The notes beneath the pieces were generated by a model. That model worked only from the letters and a program-made list of their open reading frames with translations. It ran no database searches and was not told the origin of the DNA. A stretch of 64,000 bases of DNA from Eledone cirrhosa (taxonomy: Eukaryota): the NCBI GenBank assembly GCA_964016885.1, contig OZ024742.1, forward strand, positions 191,332,001 to 191,396,000, in the 5' to 3' direction. The position numbers and the translations under genes are program-made. Numbering within the stretch: position 1 is the first letter of the stretch; each line of letters opens with the position of its first letter. Shown here in pieces: positions 63,074 to 64,000 of the stretch.

Positions 63074-63173
<100 letters not shown>

Positions 63174-63174
63174 C

Positions 63175-63222
<48 letters not shown>

Positions 63223-63253
63223 TATATATATATGTATATTTATATGTATATAC

Positions 63254-63344
<91 letters not shown>

Positions 63345-64000
63345 CGGGTGTGTGTGTGTACTTGTGTGTGTATACATACATACATACGTACGTACATCAT
63401 GCATACATAATTGTGTGTGTCAGCGTATGTTCATGTATATGTGTTCCTAAATAAATGGATGTGATTGTGGAGGAGCGATACGGACGACATGGGTCGAAGT
63501 CATGAAAAAGATGAAGCGATTAGCTTTCATTCAGTTCCCGATCCAACTTATTATCACCATATTGATGCATTGATACATCCTTGTCAAAAGACAATTGCCA
63601 AATTTGGTAAGAAAGAGAGGGAGTCAGATGAATCGATAGCTAGCAAGATAGATAGATGAATAGATAGAGAGAGAGAAAGAGAGAGAGAGCTGCACTACAA
63701 TAGTTTATCAATAATGGTTGTTAATGACATCTGAATTGAATCAGATTCTTTTACTCCTATGGCTGAATCATCATCATCATCATCATCATCATTATCCATA
63801 ACTTTAACGTTCTAATCATCATCATCTCCAGCAATACAACAACTAAACCAACAACCAATTTCAAAATCGATCCAATGAAGCTTCTCCTATTACTAACATT
63901 AACACCAACAATGTCAAAAACAGCAACACTACAACAACTACCAGTATTACCAACAACAGAACGATTACCACCACCACACACCCAACAACATGCTAATACA

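Overview
Repeat-saturated, AT-rich eukaryotic DNA. It is an animal sequence, and the SINE family and microsatellite load resemble an octopus/cephalopod genome (inference). No host protein-coding gene can be confidently called, and most ORFs in the track are microsatellite artefacts. Contents: (1) a cluster of Penelope-like elements (PLEs) and PLE-derived fold-back repeats sitting in (TA)n, carrying about a dozen type I hammerhead-ribozyme motifs; (2) a highly structured 312-bp tandem unit with a hammerhead-like core (retrozyme candidate); (3) a 4.3-kb array of 17 units of ~258 bp, each holding a 70-71-nt tRNA-like cloverleaf with Pol III boxes and terminator, with anticodons varying as G-N-N; (4) CRE, RTE, CR1/L2-like and Helitron relics, a Tc1/mariner-type MITE and tRNA-derived SINEs; (5) a 13.7-kb 18-bp minisatellite that reads as a mucin-like (TSTTAA)n on the minus strand; (6) a stack of four Tx1/L1-clade LINEs separated by (ATCT)n. 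One LINE has both ORFs intact. Another is fused at its 5' end to an 890-bp GC-rich structured segment ending in an exact 27-nt antisense copy of the 28S rRNA R2 target site. All calls come from reading the sequence by eye; no searches or folding programs were run.
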